DNA of 64,000 nt from Dehalococcoidia bacterium (GCA_965226535.1 CBDDDE010000010.1:1145549-1209548); one strand, 5' to 3'; shown: positions 39,346-48,251, counted from the stretch's first letter. The notes: a model not told the origin generated them from the letters alone. Made by a program: numbers and translations.

Positions 39346-40110
39346 ATGGCTACTAAGATAGACTTCAACTGCGACATGGGCGAAAGTTTTGGCATGTATA
39401 AGCTGGGTTATGACGAAGAGGTGATCAGCTATATAACGTCGGCCAACATAGCCTGCGGATTCCATGCCGGCGACCCAATGTGGATGCGCACCACTGTTGA
39501 GCTTGCAGAGAAGCACGGCGTCGGCGTTGGCGCCCAACCAAGCTTTCCCGACCTCATGGGTTTTGGACGACGTAACATGAGCGTGAGCGCCGAGGAGGCC
39601 AGGAACGACGTTACTTACCAGATAGGAGCGCTCCAGGCCTTTGCCAGTGACAAGAAGCTCCAGCACGTAAAGCCCCACGGGGCCATGTACAACATGGCCG
39701 TGGCAGATCACGCCTTGGCTCAAGCTATCTGCCAGGCTGTCTTGGACGTGGACCCTGATATGATTGTGGTGGCCCTGGCAGGTTCGAAATGGGTGGATAT
39801 GGCCGCTGAAATGGGCTTGCGGGTAGCTCGTGAAGCTTTCGCCGACCGGGCTTTCACCGCTCAAGGCACACTGGTGCCTCGCTCCCAGGCTGGATCTGTA
39901 ATACACGACGTGGACGAGGTGGTCCGGCGCAGCGTCAGAATGGTTACTGAGGGTAAGGTCACTGCCATCACCGGCGAGGAAGTGGAAATCCACGCTGACA
40001 GCCTTTGCTTACACGGGGACACGCCGGGGGCCGTCGACATGGCCCGCGCTGTCAAGGAAGGCCTTAATGCAGCCGGTGTGGAGATAGTGCCTATGAGAAG
40101 CTTGGTATAG
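39346..40110 (+). CDS. pxpA: 5-oxoprolinase subunit A (LamB/YcsF family)
   Basis: IDFNCDMGESFG...SANIACGFHAGDP...KPHGAMYN. Confidence 0.88.
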   Translation: MATKIDFNCDMGESFGMYKLGYDEEVISYITSANIACGFHAGDPMWMRTTVELAEKHGVGVGAQPSFPDLMGFGRRNMSVSAEEARNDVTYQIGALQAFASDKKLQHVKPHGAMYNMAVADHALAQAICQAVLDVDPDMIVVALAGSKWVDMAAEMGLRVAREAFADRAFTAQGTLVPRSQAGSVIHDVDEVVRRSVRMVTEGKVTAITGEEVEIHADSLCLHGDTPGAVDMARAVKEGLNAAGVEIVPMRSLV

Positions 40111-40113
40111 CTA

Positions 40114-40842
40114 ATGTACCGGGAGCCACGCTTTCTACACGCCGGAGACCGCGCTTTGGCCGTGGAACTCGGCGACGACATCAGCCCTGAGACCAATGGC
40201 GCCGTCCGTGATTTGCTTGCGGCCATAGAAGATCTGGCCCTTGACGGCATCACCGATCTGGTGCCTTCATACAGGTCTATTCTGGTGCACTACGACCCCC
40301 TGGTAATAGATATTTCCCGTCTTGAGGAGGAATTAACGACCCTTCAAGCGGCGGCTTCATCTGGAAGCGTGTCCGAACCCCGGTGCGTACTAATTCCGGT
40401 CCTCTATGGCGGCGACGCCGGGCCGGACTTGGAGCACGTGGCCCGGTACAATAGTCTCAGTACCGAAGAGGTTGTTGACATTCACTCCGGCACGAAATAT
40501 CTGGTCTACATGCTTGGATTCTCCCCTGGGTTCCCCTATCTGGGCGGAATGTCCGAGCGTATTGAGACACCCAGATTGGACACCCCTCGGACGGCCATAC
40601 CCGCCGGCTCCGTGGGGATCGCAGAGAAGCAGACGGGGGTCTATCCCACCGAGACGCCGGGGGGGTGGCAGCTCATCGGCAGAACCCCCCTAGCCTTCTT
40701 CGACCCTAGCGTCGAGCCGCCGTGCCTTCTGGAGCCCGGGGACTTTATAAGATTTGTTCCCATTGATGAAGGCGAGTATCATCGTATGGCCCTGCAGGTG
40801 AAGGACGGGACCTACCAAGTTGCAACTGAGATGACGGATTAG
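40114..40842 (+). CDS. pxpB: 5-oxoprolinase subunit B (KipI / CT_C_D fold)
   Basis: RFLHAGDRALAVELGD..., YLVYMLGFSPGFPYLGG, IPAGSVGIAEKQTGVYP. Confidence 0.85.
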   Translation: MYREPRFLHAGDRALAVELGDDISPETNGAVRDLLAAIEDLALDGITDLVPSYRSILVHYDPLVIDISRLEEELTTLQAAASSGSVSEPRCVLIPVLYGGDAGPDLEHVARYNSLSTEEVVDIHSGTKYLVYMLGFSPGFPYLGGMSERIETPRLDTPRTAIPAGSVGIAEKQTGVYPTETPGGWQLIGRTPLAFFDPSVEPPCLLEPGDFIRFVPIDEGEYHRMALQVKDGTYQVATEMTD

Positions 40843-40846
40843 ACGC

Positions 40847-41989
40847 GTGGAGACTATAGAGGTAGTTGAGGGCGGACTGTTCACTTCGGTCCAGGACCTG
40901 GGGCGCTACGGCTATCAGCGATACGGTGTCCCCGTGTCCGGGGCCATGGACCCTTATTCTCTGCGCTTGGCTAACATCCTTTTGGGGAACCCGGAGGGGG
41001 CCGCCGCCCTTGAGATAACCTTGGTGGGGCCAAAGCTCAAGTTCCTGGCCAACACGACTATAGCCCTGGGCGGGGCCGATCTAGCGCCCAGGCTCAACGG
41101 CTCGCCCGTTCCTCCGTGGCAGTCTTTTAGAGTGGCAAAGGGCAGCTTGCTTACCTTCGATGGGCCTAGGTCCGGCGTGAAATCTTACCTTGCCGTCCCA
41201 GGCGGGATTGACGTGCCGGTGGTCATGGGCAGCAGGTCTACCTATTCCCAGGGATCCCTTGGGGGCCATGAAGGTCGCAGCCTAAAGCCCGGGGACCGCA
41301 TATCAGTCTTGCGAAAGGACGCCGGCTCTTACCCTAATTCCGCTACCATACCTCGCAGCCTGGTACCGGGTCGGGAGCACGATTTCCGGATCAGAGTGGT
41401 CATGGGCCCGCAGGCGGACGCCTTTACGCCCGAGGGCATTGCTGTCTTTTTCAGCTCCACCTACACCGTCAGCCAGAAGTCGAACAGGATAGGATACCGG
41501 CTTCAAGGACCGGCTGTAGACCACTTGAAGAGCGCTGACATCATATCCGACGGCGTCACTTTTGGAGCGGTCCAAATTACCGGCGACGGGCTTCCCGTAG
41601 TTCTCATGGCCGACCGGGGCACCACGGGGGGATACACCAAGATAGGAGCAGTTATCAGCGTTGATATAGGGGAATTGGCCCAGACCCTTCCCGGTGACCA
41701 CATTACCTTTCAGGCAGTTTCCGTGGAAGAGGCACACCGGCTGCTGTCGGAGAGGGAAGAGGCACTTGAAAAGTTCAAAGGGCACGTCACGCAAACTGTA
41801 GCAACAAAAAACTCCGGCCTTCGGATATTGGTAAACGGCCAAGCCTTTGAAGTCCAGGATGAAGACCACGCAAACATTGCTCAGAAGGAGCCTCTGGCGG
41901 GGGACGTCCACACCTATAGAAGAATAATTACCGCCACTGTTAACGACCGCTCCTATACCTTTGAAGTTGAGGTTCAGGACCCCGCGTAA
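40847..41989 (+). CDS. pxpC: 5-oxoprolinase subunit C (KipA / CT_A_B fold) with a ~65-aa C-terminal extension
   Basis: IEVVEGGLFTSVQDLGRYGYQRYGVPVSGAMD..., SNRIGYRLQG, TTGGYTKIG. GTG start. The extension covers 41780-41989. Confidence 0.85.
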   Translation: METIEVVEGGLFTSVQDLGRYGYQRYGVPVSGAMDPYSLRLANILLGNPEGAAALEITLVGPKLKFLANTTIALGGADLAPRLNGSPVPPWQSFRVAKGSLLTFDGPRSGVKSYLAVPGGIDVPVVMGSRSTYSQGSLGGHEGRSLKPGDRISVLRKDAGSYPNSATIPRSLVPGREHDFRIRVVMGPQADAFTPEGIAVFFSSTYTVSQKSNRIGYRLQGPAVDHLKSADIISDGVTFGAVQITGDGLPVVLMADRGTTGGYTKIGAVISVDIGELAQTLPGDHITFQAVSVEEAHRLLSEREEALEKFKGHVTQTVATKNSGLRILVNGQAFEVQDEDHANIAQKEPLAGDVHTYRRIITATVNDRSYTFEVEVQDPA

Positions 41990-42107
41990 CCGGCGCTCCG
42001 GGGCCCCTGCCACATCCCAATTTGTTGACCCCTTCTATACCCTGAAGTACACTACCAGCAATCCAGGGTCGCTTATGGATCAATCCCAATGAAGAAGGAG
42101 GGGGCCA

Positions 42108-43001
42108 ATGACTAATGTAGGAGTCGGCAAGTTTACGTACCGCCTCGACGAAGGGTGGGGACAGCTTCCCCAAGGTCACGAGTTTGGCCAAGTTGCCGGC
42201 GTCGCCGCCGATTCGCGGGGGCAAGTGCACCTCTTCAACCGCAGCGCGCACCCCGTGCAGGTCTTCGACCGGGAGGGCAAATTCGTCAAGGCGTGGGGCG
42301 CCGGAGTCTTTGCAAACCCCCACGGCATCACCATCACCCCCGACGATACCTATTGGCTGGTGGACAGAGATGCCCACGTAGTGCAAAAGTATTCGCCTGA
42401 TGGCGAGCTGCTGATGACCTTGGGGAACCGCAACCAACCATCAGACACCGGGTATGACGAGGAGGAGAGGGTGGTGAAGCAGGAAGCCGGTCCCTTCAAC
42501 CTACCCACTAAAGTGGCCCTGGGGCCAGGCGGCGAGATTTACGTTGCCGACGGATACGGCAACTGTCGCGTCCATAAGTTTTCGCCGGCTGGAGAGCTAT
42601 TGATGTCCTGGGGGACCCCCGGTGACGGCGCGGGAGAGTTTCACCTTCCCCATAGCCTTTGGGTGGATAGCTCCGGCCGGATACTGGTATGCGATCGCGA
42701 GAATCATCGTATCCAGATATTTACCGACGCGGGAGAGCACCTTGACACCTGGACCGGCTTTATACAGCCCACTGACATATATATTGACTCGGACAACATT
42801 GTTTACGTGTCCGAGTTGGGAGACAGGGTGAGCATCCTTGACCTTGAGGGCAATGTATTGGCCCGCTGGGGCGATGAGCGCAGCCATGACCCGGGTAAGT
42901 TTTGGGGCGCTCATGGCATCTGGGTCTGCGCTATGGGGGATATTTACGTTAGTGAGGTCCTGGAAGGACAGAGGGTCCAGAAGTTCACCAGAACCGGATA
43001 A
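42108..43001 (+). CDS. NHL-repeat six-bladed beta-propeller protein
   Basis: Paralog of 15204..16148 (MTNVGVGKFTYRLDEGWGQLPQGH... vs MTTVMGSGTLTFEVAEGWAKLPEGW...). It shows repeated F..PH......G.IYV.D blades. Confidence 0.75.
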   Translation: MTNVGVGKFTYRLDEGWGQLPQGHEFGQVAGVAADSRGQVHLFNRSAHPVQVFDREGKFVKAWGAGVFANPHGITITPDDTYWLVDRDAHVVQKYSPDGELLMTLGNRNQPSDTGYDEEERVVKQEAGPFNLPTKVALGPGGEIYVADGYGNCRVHKFSPAGELLMSWGTPGDGAGEFHLPHSLWVDSSGRILVCDRENHRIQIFTDAGEHLDTWTGFIQPTDIYIDSDNIVYVSELGDRVSILDLEGNVLARWGDERSHDPGKFWGAHGIWVCAMGDIYVSEVLEGQRVQKFTRTG

Positions 43002-43028
43002 TCAGACATGGTAATGGAGGCTAAATAG

Positions 43029-44114
43029 TTGGCCGAGAACGTATCGGCACATCAGGACAGCAGAATCCGGGTAAGCCCCGGTGCCTTGCGGACTACCGTA
43101 AAGAGGATATTTGAAAAGGTTGGCGTGCCACCTGAAGATGCGGGTACCGGGGCCGACGTCCTCGTCAAAGCAGACCTCATGGGAGTGGAAAGCCACGGGG
43201 TTTCCAACATGTTGGAGCGTTACGTGGAACGGTACAAGAACGGCGTCATGAACCCCGCTCCCAAGTGGCGCATTGTCAGAGAGACGCCTGGGACCGCCAC
43301 CATAGACTCGGACCGGGGCCTGGGCATTATGATTACGCCCAAAGCCATGGAAATGGCCATAGCCAAAGCCAAGAATGTGGGCATAGGAATGGTGACGGTT
43401 GGCAATTCTAGGCACCTTGGCATGGCCGTTTACCACGCCATGATGGCGCTGGAACACAACATGATAGGTGTCTGCATGTCCAGCGTGCGGCCAACGGTGC
43501 TGCCGTCCCTGGGCAGCCGGGTAAGACTGGGCACCAACCCCATCGCGGTGGCGGCTCCCGCCGGTAAGCATCCACCCTTTGTCTTCGACGCCGCCACCAG
43601 CGTGGTGCCGGACAACAAGGTGGATATTGTGCGACGCTTGGGCGGCAATATGTTCCCCGGCTGGATTGGGGATGAGGACGGCGTGCCCATCATGGATACA
43701 GTGCCTGCTCCCCCCCGCGACGGGTATCAACTTCTGCCGCTGGGCAGCATTCCTCAAACCGGCGCCCACAAGGGGTATGGTCTGGCGTGCGTGGTGGACA
43801 TCCTCTGCGGCGGTCTCTCAGGCAGCGGCTACGGTGCCGTAAGGAACTCGGACACCGTTGCTCATACCGTGGCAGCCTACAACATTGAGGCATTCCTGGA
43901 CGTGGAAGATTTCAAGTCCACGATGGATGAGTGGCTTCAGACCCTCAAGGACACGCCCCCGTCTCCGGGCAACGAGAGGGTGTTGGTTGCCGGCCAAATG
44001 GAGTGGGAGGCAGAGCAGGACCGATTGGCGAAAGGAATCCCCCTACACGTCGAGGTGGTCCGGTGGTTTAGGGACACCTGCTCCCAAATGGAGATCCCCT
44101 TCATCCTGGAATGA
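43029..44114 (+). CDS. Ldh2-family dehydrogenase
   Basis: MGVESHGVSNML, GTNPIAVAAPAG, GAHKGYGLACVVDILCG. Length is 361 aa. TTG start. Confidence 0.88.
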   Translation: MAENVSAHQDSRIRVSPGALRTTVKRIFEKVGVPPEDAGTGADVLVKADLMGVESHGVSNMLERYVERYKNGVMNPAPKWRIVRETPGTATIDSDRGLGIMITPKAMEMAIAKAKNVGIGMVTVGNSRHLGMAVYHAMMALEHNMIGVCMSSVRPTVLPSLGSRVRLGTNPIAVAAPAGKHPPFVFDAATSVVPDNKVDIVRRLGGNMFPGWIGDEDGVPIMDTVPAPPRDGYQLLPLGSIPQTGAHKGYGLACVVDILCGGLSGSGYGAVRNSDTVAHTVAAYNIEAFLDVEDFKSTMDEWLQTLKDTPPSPGNERVLVAGQMEWEAEQDRLAKGIPLHVEVVRWFRDTCSQMEIPFILE

Positions 44115-44118
44115 CGGC

Positions 44119-45336
44119 TTGAGCTCTGCAAGCTACGACATAGTGGTTATAGGTGGAGGAATCATTGGCTTATCCTCCGCCCTGCACCTTACGCAACTCT
44201 TCCCCAAGACCCGCGTGGCCATCCTGGAAAAGGAGGCGCAGGTTGGCCTACACCAGACGGGCCATAACAGTGGCGTTATTCATTCGGGGGTATACTATCG
44301 CCAGGGGTCACGGAAGGCTCAATTCTGTGTCGATGGGGTCAAGAGGCTGAAGCGTTACTGCCAAGAAAAGGGGATAGAGTACGACGAATGCGGGAAGGTT
44401 ATAGTCGCTACCAGCCAATCGGAACTGCCTCGATTGGAAGACATCTACCGCCGTGGCAAGGACAACGGCGTCCCGGGGCTTGAGCTCATTGGCCCCCAGC
44501 GTCTGGCCGAAATTGAACCTCACACTCGTGGTATAAGGGCTCTGCACGTCTCCAAAACTGCCATCGTTGATTTTAAGCAGGTGGCTCAAGCCTACGCCGC
44601 CGACGTGTTGAAAGGCGGGGGGGCCATACTCACCGGTCACAAGCTACATGGCATCCACAGGCACGGCGGTACGGTGACCTTGGAAACCAACCAGGGAGCC
44701 ATCCAATCAAAATACCTGATAAACTGCGCCGGCCTCTACGCCGACAAAGTGGCCCGCAAAATGGAAGGCTCCTCCAACGTCCGGATAATACCTTTTCGGG
44801 GCGAGTACTACGTCCTTCGGGATGAAAGTCGCGGTTTGATCAAGGGCCTGGTCTATCCGGTGCCTGACCCACGGTTTCCTTTTCTCGGTGTTCACTACAC
44901 CAAGCGAATTAACGGCGAGGTAGAAGCGGGGCCCAACGCCGTTCTGGCATGGGCCAGGGAGGGGTATAGCAAGACCAAAATCAATGTCCCGGAGGCCCTG
45001 GCGCACCTGACCTTTGTCGGCTTCTGGCGCATGGCTATGCGCACGTGGCGCGTGGGTCTTGCCGAACTGCACCGCTCCATGATCAAGGGAGTTTTTGTTA
45101 AAGACCTGCAGAAGCTGGTCCCGGAAATACGCTCAACAGACTTGAGGCCCGGTGGCGCCGGTGTACGGGCGCAAGCCGTCAGCCGTCAAGGGGTTCTCTT
45201 GGACGACTTCAGCATCCAGGAGACTAACGGGGCCATTCACGTGCTCAACGCCCCATCGCCCGGCGCTACGTCCTCACTGTCAATTGGAAAACACATTGCG
45301 CAGATGGCGGGGCGCTCCTTCAACCTGGACCGCTAG
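44119..45336 (+). CDS. lhgO: L-2-hydroxyglutarate oxidase/dehydrogenase (FAD)
   Basis: YDIVVIGGGIIGLSSALHL...LEKE...HQTGHNSGVIHSGVYY. ORF 43858..45336 trimmed to the TTG at 44119, because the upstream part overlaps the Ldh2 gene. Confidence 0.8.
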   Translation: MSSASYDIVVIGGGIIGLSSALHLTQLFPKTRVAILEKEAQVGLHQTGHNSGVIHSGVYYRQGSRKAQFCVDGVKRLKRYCQEKGIEYDECGKVIVATSQSELPRLEDIYRRGKDNGVPGLELIGPQRLAEIEPHTRGIRALHVSKTAIVDFKQVAQAYAADVLKGGGAILTGHKLHGIHRHGGTVTLETNQGAIQSKYLINCAGLYADKVARKMEGSSNVRIIPFRGEYYVLRDESRGLIKGLVYPVPDPRFPFLGVHYTKRINGEVEAGPNAVLAWAREGYSKTKINVPEALAHLTFVGFWRMAMRTWRVGLAELHRSMIKGVFVKDLQKLVPEIRSTDLRPGGAGVRAQAVSRQGVLLDDFSIQETNGAIHVLNAPSPGATSSLSIGKHIAQMAGRSFNLDR

Positions 45337-46370
45337 TCCTTGCGGAACAGGGGCGCCACCTTTTCGGCGAAGAGCCTCATGGAATTGGCCACCTTATCCC
45401 GTGACATGTGGCTGGGACTCATGCCCAAGAGCATGTTCCGAGCGCCCAAGTCCCTCAGTTCAGCAACCTTTTCGGCCACGTAGTCGGGAGTCCCGGCTAG
45501 GAGGTAGTGGTCTGGCATGGAGGATATGGAGGGGGGAGTGGGAATGGGGTCAACGTACTCAGTGGGGTTGAACCGCTCTCTGGCGTCCCGAATGTGACCT
45601 CGCTCCGCCTGAAAGGCGGGAACGGCCTCTTCCTGCGCCTGCTCGTTGCTCTCAGCCAAGTAGACGCTGCGTCGAATCCACGTTTCGTCCAAGCACCTTT
45701 GCACGTGAGCCTCGTCAAAGCCCGCTCCCAGCATGGTGTCACGGTACAGTTCAAGCCGATGGGCCGTCTCCTCCAAACTGTCCACCCCCGTGAGCACCGG
45801 CCGACCCCTTCTGGCCATCTCCATCATTGACTCCTTGCTGATGCACGCCCGAATTAGGGGCGGATGGGGTTGCTGGTAGGGCTTGGGGCGCATGATGGGA
45901 AAAGCAACCTGCCAGTACTTGCCCTGGTAATCCAGGTCATGGGCGGTCCAGGATTTGAGAAGCAGGTCTTCGGCTTCGTCCAAGCGCCGCCGCCCCTCTT
46001 CCAAGGTGGTGCCAAACCCCATGTACTCGTAGGCGTTGTAGGCCGAGCCTCGCCCGGTGCCCACAATGAGGCGTCCGTGGCTAAGGTTGTCCAGAAGAGC
46101 CGTTTGGGCCGCCAGCTTAACGGGGTGATGAAAGGCCATCTGGACCACGGCAAAACCTATCTTTATGCGACGGGTTACGGCGGCCACCGCGGCGCCAAAG
46201 ACCACGGGGTCGGCGTAGACGGTATCGCCGCCAAAATAGTGCTCCGTCAACCAGATAACATCGTAACCCAGGGCGTCGGCCAACTCGGCTTCCTTCAAGG
46301 TGCTGTCTATAATCTGGCTGTCGAGGCTGGGGTCCGGGCTAATCTGAAGAACAAAGGGGCCAAAGCGCAT
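45333..46370 (-). CDS. LLM-class (luciferase-like) flavin-dependent oxidoreductase
   Basis: MRFGPFVLQISP...GYDVIWLTEHYFGG...GRLIVGTGRGS. ORF trimmed to the ATG at 46370. Its stop overlaps the lhgO stop by 4 nt (convergent genes). Confidence 0.85.
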   Translation of the reverse strand: MRFGPFVLQISPDPSLDSQIIDSTLKEAELADALGYDVIWLTEHYFGGDTVYADPVVFGAAVAAVTRRIKIGFAVVQMAFHHPVKLAAQTALLDNLSHGRLIVGTGRGSAYNAYEYMGFGTTLEEGRRRLDEAEDLLLKSWTAHDLDYQGKYWQVAFPIMRPKPYQQPHPPLIRACISKESMMEMARRGRPVLTGVDSLEETAHRLELYRDTMLGAGFDEAHVQRCLDETWIRRSVYLAESNEQAQEEAVPAFQAERGHIRDARERFNPTEYVDPIPTPPSISSMPDHYLLAGTPDYVAEKVAELRDLGARNMLLGMSPSHMSRDKVANSMRLFAEKVAPLFRKD

Positions 46371-46623
46371 GTCACGTCCCTTATATTTGGCTTTCTGAAT
46401 GCTCCACTGCCCACCAATAGGTGAGCAGCCGCTGCTGCGACTGTGGATGGCGTCATTATAGCAGCGGCCATGAGGCGCTACCACTTTAACCCTACCCTCT
46501 TCGAAACGGGCACATGTTGCATTGCATTGGCGTGGTTGAATGAGGGGCTGGAGTAGGTCGTTGACTTGTGCGTCCCAAGACAGCACAATAATCTCAGCTT
46601 TATTTGGCCAAGGGGTGGTATCT

Positions 46624-46827
46624 ATGAGCGACCTAACCAAAGAAGAGGTAAAGTCACTGGGGCGCGCCGCCGGACTCGATATACAAGAGCCTCACCTCTC
46701 TGAAGTCACCTACAACATCAACGCCTTGAAAGAGCTCCTGGACGACCTCAACCCGCCGGGACTCGACGAGGTAGAACCCTTGCCAATAATCCATCCCTAT
46801 GAACAGCTTGATAATGGACAAGGCTAG
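46624..46827 (+). CDS. GatC-like small subunit
   Basis: MSDLTKEEVKSLGRAAGLDIQEPHLSEVTYNINALKELLDDLNPPGLDEVEPLPII follows the GatC pattern. AAGGGGTGG lies upstream. The 3' end overlaps the amidase start. Confidence 0.6.
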   Translation: MSDLTKEEVKSLGRAAGLDIQEPHLSEVTYNINALKELLDDLNPPGLDEVEPLPIIHPYEQLDNGQG

Positions 46828-48238
46828 TATCCCCTTCCTGTCCGCCGTGGAACTGGGGCGCCGCATCGGTCTTCGGGAAGTGTCCCCCGTTGAGGTCGTC
46901 GAGGCGTACCTGGATCGAATTGATAGGTTGGACAATCAGCTAAACAGCTACATTACCGTATGTAGGGACGAGGCCTTGCAGTCAGCCCACCAAGCGGAGT
47001 TGGCCATTGGCGGCGGCACCTACTTGGGACCCCTTCACGGCGTGCCTGTTGCCGTTAAGGACCAGCTTTGGACCAAGGGGGTGCTTACCACCGGTGGGTC
47101 CAGAATACTGGCCGATTTTGTCCCCGATGAAGACGCCACCGTGATATCGCGTCTGAAGAACGCCGGGGCCATTATCCTGGGCAAGCTCAACATGAGCGAG
47201 TTTGCCACGGGGAACAGCGTTTACCACCATTGGGGAACGCCTCGAAACCCTTGGGACCTGGCTCGGAACCCCGGCACTTCCAGCAGCGGCTCCGGGGCCG
47301 CTACGGCCGCCTTCCTTTGCGCAACTTCTCTGGGAGAAGACACCGGCGGCTCCATACGCAACCCAGCTACCAACTGCGGCGTGGTGGGCCTTAGACCCAC
47401 CTATGGGCTGGTAAGCCGCTACGGCATGCTGGGCGCCTCCTGGTCCAACGACATTGCCGGCCCCATCTCTCGTTCGGCGGAGGACTGCGCGGTTACGCTC
47501 CAGGCCATCGCCGGGTACGACGCCAAGGATGGATACAGCGCCAAGCGCCCCACGCCGGACTACAGGAAGGCGCTGGAGGGCGACATCAAGGGTCTCAAGG
47601 TGGGAGTTGTCAAGGAGGCCCTCTACGCCGATTTTGTCCAGTCCGATATTCGGGACACGGTGTCAAAGGCCATCGAACAGTTGGAGGAGTTGGGAGCTTC
47701 CGTACAGGAGGTATCCATACCTCTCCTGCCCTATACCGCCTCCATCAACCGGATTCATATAGAGGTGGAAGCGGCGCCCATGCATCGTGGCTGGCTTCAG
47801 ACGCGGCCGGACGACTACGACCACAACGTTAGGACCGATTTCCTCACCGGCTCGGTGCTGCCTGCACAGCTCTACTACAAGGCCCAGAAGCTGAGGGAGT
47901 TGGTTCGGCGCCAGGTATTTCATGTTTTGGACGAGGTGGACGTGCTTGCCCTTCCCAACACGTCGGAGCCGGCTCCCCTCATCAATACCAAACCTGGCAT
48001 ATTCAGCAAAGAAGAGGCCATGTCCAGGATGTCGGGGCGTCGCAGCTTGTCGGGCTCTTTCAACCTTGCCAGTGTGCCCGCGTTGGCCGTCCACTGCGGC
48101 TTTGTGACGTCCACGGGAACCAGGATGCCCACGGCCTTGCAACTGGCCGGGCGTCCCTTCTCCGATGCCCTGCTGCTCAAGGTGGCCCACCTTTACCAAC
48201 AAGCCACTCAGTGGCATACTCAAAGGCCCCCCATCTAG
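46799..48238 (+). CDS. amidase-signature (GatA-like) amidase
   Basis: The Ser-cisSer-Lys triad context is present: PVAVKDQL, GTSSSGSGAATAA, GEDTGGSIRNPA. Confidence 0.9.
   Translation: MNSLIMDKASIPFLSAVELGRRIGLREVSPVEVVEAYLDRIDRLDNQLNSYITVCRDEALQSAHQAELAIGGGTYLGPLHGVPVAVKDQLWTKGVLTTGGSRILADFVPDEDATVISRLKNAGAIILGKLNMSEFATGNSVYHHWGTPRNPWDLARNPGTSSSGSGAATAAFLCATSLGEDTGGSIRNPATNCGVVGLRPTYGLVSRYGMLGASWSNDIAGPISRSAEDCAVTLQAIAGYDAKDGYSAKRPTPDYRKALEGDIKGLKVGVVKEALYADFVQSDIRDTVSKAIEQLEELGASVQEVSIPLLPYTASINRIHIEVEAAPMHRGWLQTRPDDYDHNVRTDFLTGSVLPAQLYYKAQKLRELVRRQVFHVLDEVDVLALPNTSEPAPLINTKPGIFSKEEAMSRMSGRRSLSGSFNLASVPALAVHCGFVTSTGTRMPTALQLAGRPFSDALLLKVAHLYQQATQWHTQRPPI
48189..48238 (+). repeat. direct repeat copy A (functional 3' end of the amidase gene)
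   Basis: The 50-nt string acctttaccaacaagccactcagtggcatactcaaaggccccccatctag recurs at 48620-48668. Confidence 0.9.
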
Positions 48239-48251
48239 TCCCACCTTCTGT

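Noticed and set aside
39256-39993. 245-aa minus-strand ORF
   Set aside because: It lies entirely antisense to pxpA, which has clear LamB/YcsF motifs. Its composition is His/Ser/Gly-rich shadow-frame, typical of GC-rich antisense frames.
43002-43769. 255-aa minus-strand ORF (and the analogous 27774..28142 ORF)
   Set aside because: Both are antisense to the two Ldh2 paralogs. The same shadow ORF appears over both paralogs, as expected from codon-bias mirroring rather than from a real gene.
43858-44118. Upstream 87 codons of the ORF that contains lhgO (similarly 29584-29709 ahead of the fused CaiB and 46371-46640 ahead of the LLM gene)
   Set aside because: These extensions overlap the preceding gene or lack family similarity. 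Conserved N-termini begin at internal starts (TTG 44119, ATG 29710, ATG 46370).
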